Shown: positions 9,179 through 16,643, counted from the stretch's first letter. The stretch is 55,576 nt of DNA from a virus (IMGVR_UViG_3300025601_000022:1-55576), one strand, 5' to 3'. The notes: generated from the letters alone by a model not told the origin. Translations and numbers: made by a program.

Positions 9179-9255
9179 ACGAAATTATTAAGTAGCAGGA
9201 GAAAGTTGCGACCAGAAAAAATGTTTTTTCTGAAGTGCCAAGTTATTCGCCAGAC

Positions 9256-9284
9256 TTGCATAATCACTAAAGTTAATGTATTCT
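9256..9284 (+). promoter_or_regulatory. sigma-70/SigA promoter with the motif over the TSS
   Basis: TTGCAT-17-TATTCT followed by CTTAGTAGCAC. Confidence 0.75.
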
Positions 9285-9338
9285 CTTAGTAGCACAAAAT
9301 GATCAGCGAAATACGCGGATCGAAAGGGGCGGGGAGAT

Positions 9339-9548
9339 ATGCCAAAGCAAGGGACAGTCACAGTAGTTTCAGTCCGACCATTCTGTGACTTTGGGTGCGG
9401 ATCAGAAGCAAAGATTGACGGGCGCACGACTATGGGTGCGTGGGCGAACATGTGCCTAGATCATTGGATCTCATACGGCTGCGGGAAATTGGGCGTGGGG
9501 CACGGTCAAAAGTTAGCACTTGCCCCTAAGAATGAAGGGGGCGAGTGA
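9339..9548 (+). CDS. small Zn-binding phage protein
   Basis: CDFGC..DGRT..GAWANMC..H..G.G.LG.G.GQ, a widespread phage motif. Confidence 0.8.
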   Translation: MPKQGTVTVVSVRPFCDFGCGSEAKIDGRTTMGAWANMCLDHWISYGCGKLGVGHGQKLALAPKNEGGE

Positions 9549-9549
9549 T

Positions 9550-9888
9550 ATGGCATTCGACATGAGTCTGGACTACGCCAATGGGACATGTTTACAGGGG
9601 CGCATAGACATAACTAGAGCGCGTATCGAAGAGGTGTTTGGCGCACCTCTGTACGACAGCACCGACAATGACGAAAAAGTCATGACAGAGTGGGGCATCA
9701 TGTTTGATGATGGAACATGCGCGACTATCTATGACTGGAAACGCTACGAAATGGGCGCGGTTGGATTCCATGAAGTTTATGACTGGCACATAGGTGGAAC
9801 TAGCCATGATGCTATGGATAAGGTTACAGCGGTGCTACTAAAGAGAGGGGGTGAGCGAGATGACTGGAGTTACATTAACAATTCATGA
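9550..9888 (+). CDS. conserved phage protein (EW..ATIYDWK..WHIGG)
   Basis: Recognisable motif; AAGGGGG RBS. Confidence 0.8.
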   Translation: MAFDMSLDYANGTCLQGRIDITRARIEEVFGAPLYDSTDNDEKVMTEWGIMFDDGTCATIYDWKRYEMGAVGFHEVYDWHIGGTSHDAMDKVTAVLLKRGGERDDWSYINNS

Positions 9889-10024
9889 TCAGGCTAAGGG
9901 GATTGCTCCGACACAAACTTTCACGTTTGAGTGCCATAGTCCCAAAAGACTGGCAGAGATTGTTCAGGGCACGTTCGACAACATGCCAGAGAGTGCGCGG
10001 ATTACGCAGATTTATGTGGACTAA
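9860..10024 (+). CDS. small hypothetical protein (54 aa)
   Basis: GAGGGGGTGA RBS; MTGVTLTIHDQAKG... Confidence 0.55.
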   Translation: MTGVTLTIHDQAKGIAPTQTFTFECHSPKRLAEIVQGTFDNMPESARITQIYVD

Positions 10025-10148
10025 TTAGATCTACTTAGTAGCACGACAAACACGCGGAACCTAATTTAGGTTTAGGCTTGCACATGTCAGTCACTTAGTG
10101 TATTGTTCTACTTATACGGAAAGCCCGTACAAAAGTGAAGGGGTCAAG

Positions 10149-10541
10149 ATGACTATCAAAAAGACAAACAAGGGCACGGTTAGCGTTTCGCACCGTGGCG
10201 CAGTAGTGGCAGACAGCGCACTTATCGCTGCTATCGCTCAAGTGAGTAACATGCGTGCTACTAAGAGAGAGTGCACTAAGGCTGAGGACGCTGCCAAGGT
10301 TGCAATCAAAGTTGCCACGGGAGATCGTGCGCGCCTTATCCTCAATGTCGAGGGAGACATCATCTGTGAAGTCAAAGAAGTTGCAACAACTAGCGTGAGC
10401 GTAGATGGGTTTCTCGAAGCACTAGAGGGACTCTACCCCGACATCTGGGCAACGCTCATGGACAGAGATCCCAAAGCAGTTGAGACCGCTAAGACCGCTG
10501 CTACCAAGCATGACACCTACCTTAAGGTGTTGCCTAAGTAA
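10149..10541 (+). CDS. hypothetical protein (130 aa), paralog of 6197-6589
   Basis: Promoter TTGCAC-17-TATTGT (10078-10106), AAGGGG RBS and terminator hairpin at 10551-10577. Confidence 0.85.
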   Translation: MTIKKTNKGTVSVSHRGAVVADSALIAAIAQVSNMRATKRECTKAEDAAKVAIKVATGDRARLILNVEGDIICEVKEVATTSVSVDGFLEALEGLYPDIWATLMDRDPKAVETAKTAATKHDTYLKVLPK

Positions 10542-10897
10542 TTAGGACTCGGAGAGGGGGACACGCGCCCCCTCTCCACACCATAACAGTGTGCTACTAA
10601 GAGAGAGACATCATGACAACAGACAAAGCAAAGACGATTACAGGGGTAGTCCTATCCTTGGCCATAGTTGGGACGCTGATAGGCATGGTTATGTCCATGC
10701 AAAGTCACGGACTACTTTGGTAGCACGCGAAAAATAGAGGGGAGTCGCGGAGATTCGTGGCTCCCGTTTAGTTTCGAGGAACCAGAAAAAATGTTTTTTC
10801 TGACATCCCCGCCGCGCGGTCAGACTTGACAGATAATTATTTTCATGATGTAATTTATCTATCACTCCAAGGGGGGTGATCAATGAAAGGACACAGC

Positions 10898-11272
10898 ATG
10901 AGGGCATTGACAGTGAACGCAGAGACATTAGAAACAACTCTGATTGACCTGCCACGCGAGGGCGGGCTGGCACAATTACAGCGCGAGGTCGGCGGATATA
11001 TCGAAGCGGTACGGTTAGAAGAGTTTGATTTCTATCTCAATGAAGAGGGCAAGATGATTGGCCTACCTCTCAATGAAGTGGGCACGCTGCTTTGGGAGAG
11101 CGTATATGGTCAGACCGACGTGATCATGGGTAATATCGTTGTCGTAGGTAAGCCTGATGATGAGGGCTACGAAACAGAGTTAAGTTTAGAGAGCGCGCAA
11201 GAGATTCAGAATATCGCCATTACGTTGCAAGTCACGCGGTTTGGTAATGCGCTTATGGCGCGCGGTAACTAA
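10898..11272 (+). CDS. DUF3846-domain protein
   Basis: LQxxVGGYIE...YLNEEGK..GLPLN...IxGN motif; TTGACA promoter at 10826. Confidence 0.8.
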   Translation: MRALTVNAETLETTLIDLPREGGLAQLQREVGGYIEAVRLEEFDFYLNEEGKMIGLPLNEVGTLLWESVYGQTDVIMGNIVVVGKPDDEGYETELSLESAQEIQNIAITLQVTRFGNALMARGN

Positions 11273-11441
11273 TCCTAGTCAAGGGGAGAGAGTGCATGTC
11301 TGACATTCTCTCCCCCTACACTTTAGTAGCACGATTTATATGCTACTAAGAAAGACACGCAAAGATTGCTCTCAGTTTGCATATGTCAGTGCATTGTGAT
11401 ATTGTTACACCACAAGCACAAACGAGCGAGAGGGGCACAAA

Positions 11442-11624
11442 ATGAGGTTCATGCCAGATAGCGCGATACTCGGAACCATAGGCCACGCAAAGCGTCGCTC
11501 AGCAAAGAGTAAGGCTCGCGCACGTCGCGCATCACGCAACCAACGCCCATTGACAGGCGTGGACATCATTGGCGGTATCGCCCTCATGTTCGGATTCATA
11601 TTGTTCGTAGCACTATTCGTTTAA
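11442..11624 (+). CDS. small basic membrane protein
   Basis: Arg-rich N-terminus with a C-terminal TM helix; promoter TTGCAT-17-TATTGT (11377-11405); AGGGG RBS. Confidence 0.65.
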   Translation: MRFMPDSAILGTIGHAKRRSAKSKARARRASRNQRPLTGVDIIGGIALMFGFILFVALFV

Positions 11625-11650
11625 TCGTGCTACTAAGAGAAGGGGAGATC

Positions 11651-11767
11651 ATGACAACACAGACACAGACACTTTGCAAGGATTGCAATATGTATCCTGC
11701 GATTCAGATTCAGCCGGAATACACAGAGCGTTGCCGGCACTGCCACAATAAATTGTGGAAGAAATAA
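11651..11767 (+). CDS. 38-aa Zn-finger peptide
   Basis: AAGGGGAG RBS; CKDC...CRHC. Confidence 0.55.
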   Translation: MTTQTQTLCKDCNMYPAIQIQPEYTERCRHCHNKLWKK

Positions 11768-12246
11768 TCATGCTACTAAGAGGGAGCACGATTGCGTTTA
11801 AGTGCGTAGAGTGTTTGCGGACGTGGACAGTATTTGATGACGCTCAAGAATGGGCGTATGGTCACGATTGCGAAGGGGGGTGATCGTGGAGATAGCCCAA
11901 GCGGTACTTGCGGGGATTCTAATGGGATTCGGCGCGGGGATCATATTCATTCGACGATGCTACTAAGAGAGAGAGACAGGCAAAATGTGTGTTTGACTTG
12001 CAATTGTCAGATGACTAATGTAGACTAAAGACATGCCAACACGGGCACAGAGATAGGGGACATCATGGCACCGGCTCAAGATTACGTGGAGACCTGCGGA
12101 TACTGCACCAATGAGTATCTTTACTCAAACCTACGCACCAATAATGAGGGGGACGCAATTTGCCCCCCCTGTCGGAAAGAGGGGGAGTGAGCGAGATGAT
12201 TTATGTTCCCATTATTCATGCTACTAAGAGAGAGAGTGACAAAGAG

Positions 12247-12519
12247 ATGACAACACCATTGATATTTATCACAGATCCTGGACATGGTTGGTTAGAGGTA
12301 GACTTAGCAGAATTCCCAGAAGCATTTGATTGTGGGACAGGATACGGATACATAGACGAAGCGCGCGGAAAGATATACCTCGAAGAGGATACAGAGCTTT
12401 GGGCATTCTTGAAGACTCACCCAGAGATTAACGACCGCATTACAGAGAAGGTGTGGGCAGACAGAGACGCACCATTGCGAAACCTGCCAAGGAACGAGGC
12501 CAGACTTGTGAGGGCGTAG
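12247..12519 (+). CDS. conserved phage protein (DPGHGWL...YLEED)
   Basis: Recognisable motif family. Confidence 0.8.
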   Translation: MTTPLIFITDPGHGWLEVDLAEFPEAFDCGTGYGYIDEARGKIYLEEDTELWAFLKTHPEINDRITEKVWADRDAPLRNLPRNEARLVRA

Positions 12520-12721
12520 GTATTAGTAGCGAGGGGGCGTGGCGAGAGTCGCGCCCCTAAGTTGCCGCCAGCTTAGAAAAAATGTTTTTTCTGAGAGCCA
12601 CGATACGCGGTCAGATTTGCAATTAAATATATTGTAAAGTAAAGTAAGGTAAAGTTAAATAGACAGCCACGCAGGTGCTCGCCACCTACGCTACTAAGAG
12701 ATAGAGGGAATACTAATAATA

Positions 12722-13297
12722 ATGAAAACTAAACGAAAGTCTTATCTACCAGTAGAGGTAGCAGACGCCTTTAATAAGATCTCAGGTGAACCACAATCTT
12801 TGCGAGACTCCTACATGCTACGTCTAGTAATGAATGGATGGACGCATAACTCTGTTGCAGTCGCTGCTGGAGATCTCTCACGTGAGCGAGTACGTCAGTG
12901 CGTGCATCCAAGTGTTTCTGACACTAATCCTTATTGGGACTATGTAACTACTCATGGCATTGACTCTCTCCCAGTCCCAGACTTACCAGATCGCATTGAA
13001 AAGCCTAGGGCTGCCCCAAGACCTATGCCTAGTGACGAAACTCTGGCACGACTAAGAGAACTAAAGCCACTCGCTGCGGAGGTACGATTTAATCACAGCC
13101 ACAACAGAGCAGAGGCTGAAGAGTATGTCGGGTTAATTTGGCACGCGCATACCGTAGAAGGCGTAAGTGTGTACCGTTTAGGAAAGTTGCTAGACGTGCT
13201 GCCTTGCGGTATCGAGAGTCGTCTAGTGCGTTATGGGTACAAGAAAACCAATGGTGGATCTGAAGCCTTTAGTCCGATTAAGTATCGGAAAGTCTAA
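12722..13297 (+). CDS. dual helix-turn-helix DNA-binding protein
   Basis: N-terminal HTH (GWTHNSVAVAAGDLSRERVRQ, sigma region-4-like), Pro-rich linker, second HTH (GVSVYRLGKLLDV). Promoter TTGCAA-17-TAAAGT at 12617-12645. Confidence 0.75.
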   Translation: MKTKRKSYLPVEVADAFNKISGEPQSLRDSYMLRLVMNGWTHNSVAVAAGDLSRERVRQCVHPSVSDTNPYWDYVTTHGIDSLPVPDLPDRIEKPRAAPRPMPSDETLARLRELKPLAAEVRFNHSHNRAEAEEYVGLIWHAHTVEGVSVYRLGKLLDVLPCGIESRLVRYGYKKTNGGSEAFSPIKYRKV

Positions 13298-13350
13298 GAT
13301 CATATTGTGTAGTGAAGTGGAGTGCTACTAAGTAGTAGCACGACACTCAC

Positions 13351-13423
13351 GCCCTCGTAGTTCAACGGACAGAATAACCGGCTTCTACCCGGTAGGTTGG
13401 GGGTTCGATTCCCTCCGAGGGCA
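13351..13423 (+). tRNA. tRNA-Arg (anticodon UCU, reads AGA)
   Basis: Acceptor stem GCCCTCG/CGAGGGC, D-arm GTTC/GAAT, anticodon arm ACCGG-CTTCTAC-CCGGT, T-loop TTCGATT. CCA is not encoded. Confidence 0.95.
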
Positions 13424-13426
13424 CAC

Positions 13427-13455
13427 TTGACAAACAAAGTAATGTCATATATTAT
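13427..13455 (+). promoter_or_regulatory. sigma-70/SigA promoter
   Basis: TTGACA-17-TATTAT. Confidence 0.8.
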
Positions 13456-13659
13456 TGTACTAACAACACAACAACTAAGGAGTGAGTCACATGATTTAAG
13501 TAAAGGAGTGAGGGTGGGGATACTCCAAAACCGCCAGCCAAAGGGACATAATCCCCTAGGCACAGAACACAGATAGGGGACAATAAGTTCACGGTAGTGG
13601 GAGGTGCAGAAGAACCCTCCCTCTACTGCTTGCTACTAACTACAAGAAGGGGTAAGACA

Positions 13660-13947
13660 ATGAGACTTCAAATGAACAGCGCAGAAGAGTTAGGACTCAT
13701 GCTCAGTCAAGATGAGGTAAGCGTACTTGCTACGGCATTAGGTGGGCTGCTAAGCACACTAAACCATGAGATCGAAGAGATCGGAGATACCGCAAAGGAA
13801 GATCAAAGTAATCTTATGATGATGCTCTCCATGAAAATGGATACGGAGATAATGTTTCTCAGTCTTTGGACGGCTCTAGGATTGGGCGAGGAAAAACTTG
13901 CCATGCTACTAAAGACAACACAGATAGGTGAGGGGGAGAGTGAGTGA
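13660..13947 (+). CDS. hypothetical protein
   Basis: AAGGGG RBS; helical, acidic sequence. Confidence 0.7.
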   Translation: MRLQMNSAEELGLMLSQDEVSVLATALGGLLSTLNHEIEEIGDTAKEDQSNLMMMLSMKMDTEIMFLSLWTALGLGEEKLAMLLKTTQIGEGESE

Positions 13948-13948
13948 A

Positions 13949-14116
13949 ATGAGAAAGTTTAATAAAGAAAATTATGGTGAAGACTTCTACGGTGTAATAA
14001 CCCACTGTGAGGTGAGGGTTAATTGGATCAACTGCCCTCTCCATAACAAAACAGGTTGCAAGGGAACGGTTTGTGCGATTTGTAGAGTAACCGACTTCGA
14101 TTGTGAAGGTGAGTGA
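13949..14116 (+). CDS. small Cys-rich protein
   Basis: Several Cys/His pairs; GGGGGAG upstream. Confidence 0.55.
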   Translation: MRKFNKENYGEDFYGVITHCEVRVNWINCPLHNKTGCKGTVCAICRVTDFDCEGE

Positions 14117-14117
14117 A

Positions 14118-14339
14118 ATGGTAGATCGCATAGAAAGTACGAAAACGGTCATGTTTGTAGGTGACTACTTTGCGCTGACAACTACGGTCATACTAGATGA
14201 GGGGCTACGTTACGAGGACGAAGAGGACGAGGACTTTGCCATAAGGATTGCCACCGTATTCCTATCAGAGCATTACGGGTTTGATGACATAGATGAAAAG
14301 TCCAATCAGATAGGTATCGTGGACGAGGACATGCCATAG
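14118..14339 (+). CDS. acidic hypothetical protein
   Basis: AAGGTGAG RBS; ORF track. Confidence 0.7.
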   Translation: MVDRIESTKTVMFVGDYFALTTTVILDEGLRYEDEEDEDFAIRIATVFLSEHYGFDDIDEKSNQIGIVDEDMP

Positions 14340-14357
14340 ATGCGGTACACTTTGACT

Positions 14358-14463
14358 TCTAAGTAGTAGCATGTAATCCCCTTTCCGTGCTCCTTAGATG
14401 TGGGAACCCCTTACCCACGAAGGCTGGCCTCTGGATACTTCCCAGAGGTCAGCCGTCTTTATT
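14358..14463 (+). ncRNA. three-hairpin small RNA with CCCCUU loops
   Basis: -10 TACACT at 14346. Hairpins: TCTAAG..AGCATG/CGTGCT..CTTAGA (loop TAATCCCCTTTC), GTGGG/CCCAC (loop AACCCCTTA), and a 13-bp GGCTGGCCTCTGG/CCAGAGGTCAGCC followed by a T-rich tail. Confidence 0.55.
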
Positions 14464-14525
14464 GTGGATGTGGAGCTGAGAAAAAACGTTTTTTCTATGA
14501 TACAGATTGGATGTACGCTATTCAC

Positions 14526-14786
14526 ATGTCTAACATCGAGATCGTTCAGAGTTCCTTTCACAGTAATGGTCACGCTGCCCCCTTCTACGCGGCAATAGTC
14601 GATGACCCAGACACAGGAGAAACAAAGATCGTCATTATGTTCGATGAGCCTGAATACACAGCCGTACTATCGTTGGATGCGCTACTTAATGACGAGGACA
14701 TTTCTCATGACAAGCATAATTCGAGAGGAGATATCTACGATTCTAAGTTGAGAGATGTTTTGTGGTATCCGGAGTCCGGGTCATAG
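14526..14786 (+). CDS. hypothetical protein, probably leaderless
   Basis: TACGCT -10 lies 6 nt before the ATG; FHxNG..AAPFY motif. Confidence 0.7.
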   Translation: MSNIEIVQSSFHSNGHAAPFYAAIVDDPDTGETKIVIMFDEPEYTAVLSLDALLNDEDISHDKHNSRGDIYDSKLRDVLWYPESGS

Positions 14787-14787
14787 G

Positions 14788-15345
14788 GTGACAACCATTA
14801 TTGGAGTTCAAGGATCTTCATGGGCTGTTATGGGCGCTGACTCACAGGTGAGTGAGGAGTCAAAAAAATTTCGATTGCCATCATCGTTTAGTAAGTTGAT
14901 TTCTAATGGTGAGTTTCTCATAGGGACAGCAGGAGATGTTCGCGCCGTCAATATTCTTACCCATACATTCGTGCCACCGATTGTAGGGAAGATCCCAGAT
15001 GAGGGGCTGGATAAGTTTATGGTATCCCGTTTTGTTCCTGCTCTCAAAGTTTGCTTTGATAATAATTTCTATGGCAAAGACAACGAGCATGACTCAGTAT
15101 TTATTGTTGCAGTTCGCGGGGTGTTATATGAAGTAGGGGGAGGCTATGAATGTATTCGAGATGATACGGGGTTATATTCGGTAGGTAGTGGATCCTCATA
15201 CGCATTAGGCGCGTTGCATGTCTTAAACAAGAAGCCCAGGACATTAAGCGGTGCTAAGGTTATGATCAAAGAGGCATTGCAAGCGGCAAGCAGATACGAT
15301 ACAGGTACATCGGATCCAGTTACTATTATCGTACAAAGATATTAG
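14788..15345 (+). CDS. proteasome beta/HslV-like Ntn-hydrolase protease
   Basis: GTG start gives (M)TTIIG with a catalytic N-terminal Thr; ADSQ, conserved K, GTAG and SVGSGSSYALGAL. Confidence 0.9.
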   Translation: MTTIIGVQGSSWAVMGADSQVSEESKKFRLPSSFSKLISNGEFLIGTAGDVRAVNILTHTFVPPIVGKIPDEGLDKFMVSRFVPALKVCFDNNFYGKDNEHDSVFIVAVRGVLYEVGGGYECIRDDTGLYSVGSGSSYALGALHVLNKKPRTLSGAKVMIKEALQAASRYDTGTSDPVTIIVQRY

Positions 15346-15357
15346 TAGCAGTCTCGG

Positions 15358-15480
15358 TTACTTGCCGTTGCGTTTGGTTGGCCTGAGGCAAACAATCTCC
15401 AAGAATATGCTCAGGATCGCTGCGCCTAGCGCAAAGGCTCCCAAACCTATTCCTACGGTTATTGCGTAGTCCCATGTCAT
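15358..15480 (-). CDS. 40-aa single-TM peptide
   Basis: MTWDYAITVGIGLGAFALGAAILSIFLEIVCLRPTKRNGK on the opposite strand. Confidence 0.4.
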   Translation of the reverse strand: MTWDYAITVGIGLGAFALGAAILSIFLEIVCLRPTKRNGK

Positions 15481-15589
15481 GTGACCTATCATGACAGGAG
15501 TATATGACACTTTAAGCGTGGTGCGCTAGGTATTATCGTTTGGATAGTGTAGGATAGTGCTAACACAACGACAACACATAGGGGACACC

Positions 15590-15742
15590 ATGAAAGATGT
15601 ACGATTGACACTCAGAGGCAAGATTGTATTGGCTATGGCATTGCTAGGGCTAGTGAGTGCTGCTATCTACGCCGTTACACCAGAGGAATGCAGGTCGGGC
15701 GAGAGTCGTCAAAGTGCCTACTGTGCGGAATATCTACGCTAG
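15590..15742 (+). CDS. small membrane/secreted protein
   Basis: ATAGGGGAC RBS; RLTxRG followed by a TM segment and two Cys. Confidence 0.65.
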   Translation: MKDVRLTLRGKIVLAMALLGLVSAAIYAVTPEECRSGESRQSAYCAEYLR

Positions 15743-15751
15743 GATGAGATC

Positions 15752-15904
15752 ATGATGAAGCGTATAGTTTGGGCTGCCGTAGTTTCGGCATTGCTCGCCG
15801 TTGTATCTGTCGTCCTTGCGGTGCTAGGACATGAGTCAGAGTCTATTGCATTTGGTATGGCTGCCGTAGTGTCTGCAATTCTCTCCAATAGGGAACGCGT
15901 ATAA
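15752..15904 (+). CDS. small two-TM membrane protein
   Basis: MMKRIVWAAVVSALLAVVSVV...; hydrophobic. Confidence 0.5.
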   Translation: MMKRIVWAAVVSALLAVVSVVLAVLGHESESIAFGMAAVVSAILSNRERV

Positions 15905-15920
15905 CGCTTATACTAATCTC

Positions 15921-16331
15921 ATGACTGATGCCCCGACACCTAATGAAAGCCCTAAGCCTGCCCCTACGCCCTTAAATGTAGTGCCAGCTAGTAAGAGTGA
16001 TGGTGAGAGTGTTGTCGCTCCTAAGCCCGTTCCTGCCCCGCCTAAGCCCGTTGCGGTAGTGTCCTCGATTGGATCCGTGGATGTTGTAGTGGGATCACTT
16101 GTATATCAAGCACGCGCCCTTCGAAGTATTAGCGTGGCAGTCGTGCAAGATAGATTGACAGAGTTAGGCTACGGGGATGCGCGTGGAGATCTCCGTGGAT
16201 GGCTATCTGATGGGACAGTAAAGGCTCTGTCAGCGTTTCAGAGTGCATCAGGACTGTTGGTAACAGGTATAGCCGATATGGACACCGTTAAGGCTCTGCT
16301 CAAAGATACAGGGGCAACCGTAACCGATTAG
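15921..16331 (+). CDS. peptidoglycan-binding domain protein (PG_binding_1-like), leaderless
   Basis: VQxRLxxLGY...T.KALSAFQ..SGL.VTGIAD..T; TATACT 6 nt before the ATG; Pro-rich N-terminus. Confidence 0.8.
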   Translation: MTDAPTPNESPKPAPTPLNVVPASKSDGESVVAPKPVPAPPKPVAVVSSIGSVDVVVGSLVYQARALRSISVAVVQDRLTELGYGDARGDLRGWLSDGTVKALSAFQSASGLLVTGIADMDTVKALLKDTGATVTD

Positions 16332-16352
16332 TATTAGTAGCACTATAAGTGA

Positions 16353-16382
16353 AAGCCCCCCATGTTTGAGATGAGGGGCTTT
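16353..16382. terminator. bidirectional terminator at the convergence point
   Basis: AAAGCCCC...GGGGCTTT hairpin between convergent genes. Confidence 0.75.
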
Positions 16383-16395
16383 CCTAGTTGCTGAT

Positions 16396-16518
16396 TTATT
16401 CGACCAGATCCGCGTAGCAGATGAAGCACACTAGGTGCTTGCCAAAGTATCGGCTACTTGCTGACCCACATAGGGTGCATGTCTCGGTCTCGGTCTCGGT
16501 CTTGATCTCGGTTGTCAT
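16396..16518 (-). CDS. 40-aa Zn-finger peptide (cassette 5)
   Basis: CTLC...CFIC; own promoter TTGACA-17-TACACT (16587-16559); AAGGGG RBS. Confidence 0.65.
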   Translation of the reverse strand: MTTEIKTETETETCTLCGSASSRYFGKHLVCFICYADLVE

Positions 16519-16643
16519 GTCTTGCCCCTTGTCTTGCACCCCCTTGGTGCATGGCTTGAGTGTAGCGTAGCCCTAATCTGATGTCAAGTTAGGGGATACA
16601 TGAGTGAGCCCCCCACCTTGCGGTGAGGGGCTTCACTTGATGT

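Larger units (their letters stand above)
7795..14496. promoter_or_regulatory. palindromic site (C)AGAAAAAA(T/C)GTTTTTTCT(G), 5 copies
   Basis: At 7795-7814, 9213-9232, 10783-10802, 12574-12593 and 14479-14496, with a half-site at 448. Three copies end exactly 23 bp before a -35 hexamer. Confidence 0.85.
415..16343. repeat. dispersed asymmetric motif CTTAGTAGCAC / GTGCTACTAAG (about 44 copies)
   Basis: Hand count. TAGTAGCA at about 417,1173,1348,2320,2373,2397,2814,2990,4121,6084,6635,7745,7875,8401,9287,10036,11324,13333,14364,15343,16335. TGCTACTA at about 3713,4825,5278,5994,6304,6547,7051,7376,7492,8241,8678,8950,9833,10256,10592,11341,11628,11771,11958,12219,13323,13631,13904. Only about 2 seen in the remaining 39 kb. 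Confidence 0.95.

Noticed and set aside
13382-13388. Suppressor tRNA with a CUA anticodon
   Set aside because: The 7-nt loop CTTCTAC places TCT at positions 34-36, so it is Arg.
13351-13423. tRNA as a prophage attachment site
   Set aside because: Phage-type genes and motifs continue on both sides. There is no integrase or duplicated tRNA 3' end in the window.
14400-14525. N-terminal extension of the ORF-track gene 14400-14786
   Set aside because: It overlaps hairpins, a terminator and the palindrome. A leaderless start at 14526 fits better.
2318-15351. Amber (TAG) recoding suggested by TAGTAG in the motif
   Set aside because: Genes end sensibly at TAG and long ORFs are intact under the standard code.
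415-16343. CRISPR array or integron made of the TAGTAGCA repeats
   Set aside because: Repeats are about 11 bp, irregularly spaced, in both orientations and inside genes. No cas or integrase genes and no attC-like structures were seen.
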